Source of the DNA: Podarcis muralis
Lineage: Eukaryota
DNA length: 64,000 nucleotides
Direction: 5' to 3'
Assembly: GCF_964188315.1 (NCBI RefSeq)
Contig: NC_135665.1
Location: forward strand, 32,612,001 to 32,676,000
Both the position numbers and the translations under genes were made by a program. A model generated the notes under the pieces. The model saw only the letters and a program-made list of their open reading frames with translations. It did no database searches and was not told the origin of the DNA. Shown here piece by piece: positions 61,220 to 64,000 of this stretch (the first letter of the stretch is position 1; the number at the start of each line of letters is the position of its first letter).

Positions 61220-61750
61220 TGCAAGGAGTTGGTGGCAGCTTGGAAGAAGGCCTTCTCTGTGGCAGCCCTAAAGTTGTCGAATTCCTTCCACACAGGGCTG
61301 TGCCTTCAGTATACAACTTTCAGTGAATGCTGGGGTTGCATTCACTTGCCCCCCCCCCCCCGGGTTGGCCACTACCTCTGAGCCCGAAATAGAACCAGAA
61401 CAGCCCACACCAAAGCCCAAGCACGAGCATGAACCCGAGCCGCCCACCCACAGTTTTTTAAACCCGCCCCCAACCCGGCCATTTGCCTACAATTGAAAAA
61501 ATCCCCCAGACTGGCATGTAGGCCTCCCCAAACAGGACGTGTCCAGGATTTTCTGGATGTATGGCAACCTTAGGAATGCTGAAGACACATCCCTTTACTC
61601 TGGCCTTTGACACCTGGGAGGTGTGTTTTCAGGGCCCACCCTATTCCTGTGACTGTAATCTGTTTTAACCGTTTTTAATTCGAAATTATTGTAACCTGCC
61701 CTGGGACCTGATGGTGAAGGGAAAGTAATAAATGTATAAATCAATAAATC
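61220..61750 (+). mobile_element. L2-type LINE 3' fragment interrupted by a MITE
   Basis: gaaggccttctctgtggcagccc...gaattccttcc before the insert, and tgtaacctgccctgggacc...gaaggg..taataaat 3' end after it. Confidence 0.7.
61331..61572. mobile_element. hAT-like MITE (TAGGGTTGCCA-type TIR)
   Basis: tggggttgca...tggcaacctta termini, with flanks gtgaatgc / ggaatgc (imperfect ~8-bp TSD). Confidence 0.65.
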
Positions 61751-62009
61751 AATCATAGAAACACAATGCCAATGGGAGGCAGGCATATTGATTCTGTAGC
61801 ATTTATAGGCTGCAAAGGCGGAAGCAGCAGCAGCAGCAACAATCAGTGCTGATCGTATTGGTAATGTCTGCTCCTGTTTCTGTCAGAATTCTTTGACGTC
61901 TCTAATGACCAAACCCAATACAGAGGGCCTAACCAAAACACTACTATCATCCCAAGGCCTGTGTGCTTGGGTGGGTCTTCATTTGATGAAAAACCAATGA
62001 GGCTAATTT

Positions 62010-62423
62010 GTTGTTGTTGTTGTTGTTTAGTCGTTTAGTCGTGTCCGACTCTTCGTGACCCCATGGACCAGAGCACGCCAGGCACCTCTGTCCTCCACTA
62101 CCTCCCGCAGTTTGGTCAAACTCATGCTGGTAACCTCGAAAACACTATCCAACCATCTCGTCCTCTGTCGCCCCCTTCTCCTTGTGCCCTCCATCTTTCC
62201 CAGCATCAGTGTCTTCTCCAGGGAGTCTTCTCTTCTCATGAGGTGGCCAAAGTACTGGAGCCTCAGCTTCACGATCTGTCCTTCCAGTGAGCACTCTGAT
62301 TTCCTTAAGAATGGATGCATTTGATCTTCTTGCCGTCCATGGGACTCTCAAGAGTCTTCTCCAGCACCATAATTCAAAAGCATCAATTCTTCGGCGATCA
62401 GCCTTCTTTATGGTCCAGCTCTC
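62010..62423 (-). mobile_element. 5'-truncated Bov-B (RTE) LINE
   Basis: Translates SLEGQIVKLRLQYFGHLMRREDSLEKTLMLGKMEGTRRRGRQRTRWLD...HGVTKSRTRLND*, with a (CAA)n tail and an 8-bp TSD gctaattt (62002-62009, 62424-62431). Confidence 0.96.
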
Positions 62424-63382
62424 GCTAATTTACACACCTCCAAAGGAAGGAGCTTCATGAATAAAGGCTGTCTTTAACTATAAACGAAAAGTAGATTGAA
62501 TTGTTACCTGTTAACCAGCAGCAAGTCCTTGCTATTCTTGGTTGTCAAAATAACTTACTCCAGGAAAGTAATGTATCATTACTTTACATCACCTCAAATA
62601 TGGTTTCTTTTCCCCCTGGGGTATCAGTTCACACATTCTTGACATTAGACAGCTGCATCTGTGACAGTATCACTTCTCCAGCTAGAAGAAATAGGTATCG
62701 CTGGGTGTGATAACACCGTCTCCAGATCTTTTCAAGATCTGTGGAAAATGCATGACCAGCAGTCTCAGTGCTTGACAAGCATCAGATTCCAAGACTACAT
62801 CATACAGTGATGACAGGGCCCACAAATAGGAGGGAAACTGGTATGCTTTATGCTAGCCCAGACTGCTACCCATCTTCATAAGAAAAAATAAATTATGAGG
62901 CTATGCAAACTCATTTCCCTAAATTTATGAATTTTGATAGGGGGTCAAGATGCTGTAAGATTTTCTGGAACCAATCGGAAACAATATTAGAACAGAACAA
63001 GCAAAATTATGAAAAATGAGCTATGGTCACAGCCTTCTAGAAGAGAGGTAAGCCCACATACCCATAGCAACCAAGCCCATGTATTCTGGCTTGGGCTGAA
63101 AGGGGCATCGAACCCAACCTAAATCAAGAGTGATGGAACACTTGCATTAGCGAAGCCCAGGGCTTGTAGTTTGAGACACACCAGTGGTGGCCTCTGGGAT
63201 GGGGCAGAGCCATGAAGCTGTCCTCCCAGTACCTGTTTCAGCGCAGCTTACCTGGATGGTGTGCTGCAGGTAGCAACAAAGACTTGCAGCATGCCTGGCT
63301 GCATATATATATATGGCGTCTTTAAGAGGCTATCTTGAAATGGGAATTAGAGGTGTGGTCATAGAAGCCCAGCTTGGAGAAC

Positions 63383-63595
63383 ATTATTTAGGCCAAATTT
63401 ATCACATTTGTATCCCATCTTTTTCTCCAAGGAGGTCAAGGTGGTGCACATGGGTCTCCCTTTCCTCATTTATTCACCACAACTACCCGGTGGAATAGGT
63501 TAGGGGGAGAGGCAGTGACTGGCCTAAAGTCCCTCAGTGGACTTCATAGCTGAGTGGAGACTTGAACCCAGACCCTAGTCTGAGACACTAGCCTT
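63383..63595 (-). mobile_element. Old Ther1/Squam3-like SINE
   Basis: Reverse complement of the 5477/12098 family (tatcccatctttttctccaaggagg...cagtgactggcc...cttgaaccc). Confidence 0.7.
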
Positions 63596-64000
63596 TAAGT
63601 GCAGGGAGGGAGGGTTTCCACAAACTGTCCATGCAAGGGGGCAAATCCAGATCAAAACCCTAGCTTTACTTCCCATGACTATGGAACTAATCTGGATTGG
63701 GACTTTGCAGCTGCAATTTGCATTGGAAAAGAAAACCTCCCATTCTCTTCAACAGGGGCTTTTCCATTTTAGGGGAAAGGGTTGTAGCTCCTCTTACCCC
63801 CACCACCCCATTAGAATCCTGATCTGGATCAAGGGCCCTGTGTTAAATTTGTGTTAAAATGAACAGTTCTTCTCCTTGGAGTAAACTCATTGCTTTGGTT
63901 TCTTTTTACATAGGACTTGTAGGATAACAGAGGCCTGAGCAGTGAGTTTCCTTGGATATAAGCTATTTTGTAAATCCTGTAAGACACAGCATTTAAATCA

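Overview
Repeat-rich, essentially non-coding vertebrate DNA (intron or intergenic). The repeat complement (Sauria/Squam1, Squam2 and Squam3 SINEs, Bov-B and CR1/L2 LINE remnants, TA- and 8-bp-TSD MITEs) indicates a squamate reptile, most likely a lacertid lizard. Family names come from my recollection of consensus sequences, not from a database search. There are two assembly gaps (715-1041, 51567-51714). I recognise no host protein-coding gene. Almost all ORFs in the track are chance ORFs or repeat-derived, and only a few low-confidence exon candidates are listed. Well-supported features are: a 5'-truncated Bov-B with an 8-bp TSD, two solo LTR-type elements with 5-bp TSDs, three related ERV-like LTR segments, three Tigger/pogo-like MITEs, a complete hAT MITE with an 8-bp TSD, several nested insertions and local tandem duplications. 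The most notable items are a ~160-bp near-perfect palindrome from a Penelope-like element carrying two back-to-back, apparently inactivated minimal hammerhead ribozyme cores (32765-32972), and a SINE with a tRNA-Asn(GTT)-like head fused to a CR1 3' tail (57257-57420). I found no convincing wholly new biological system.
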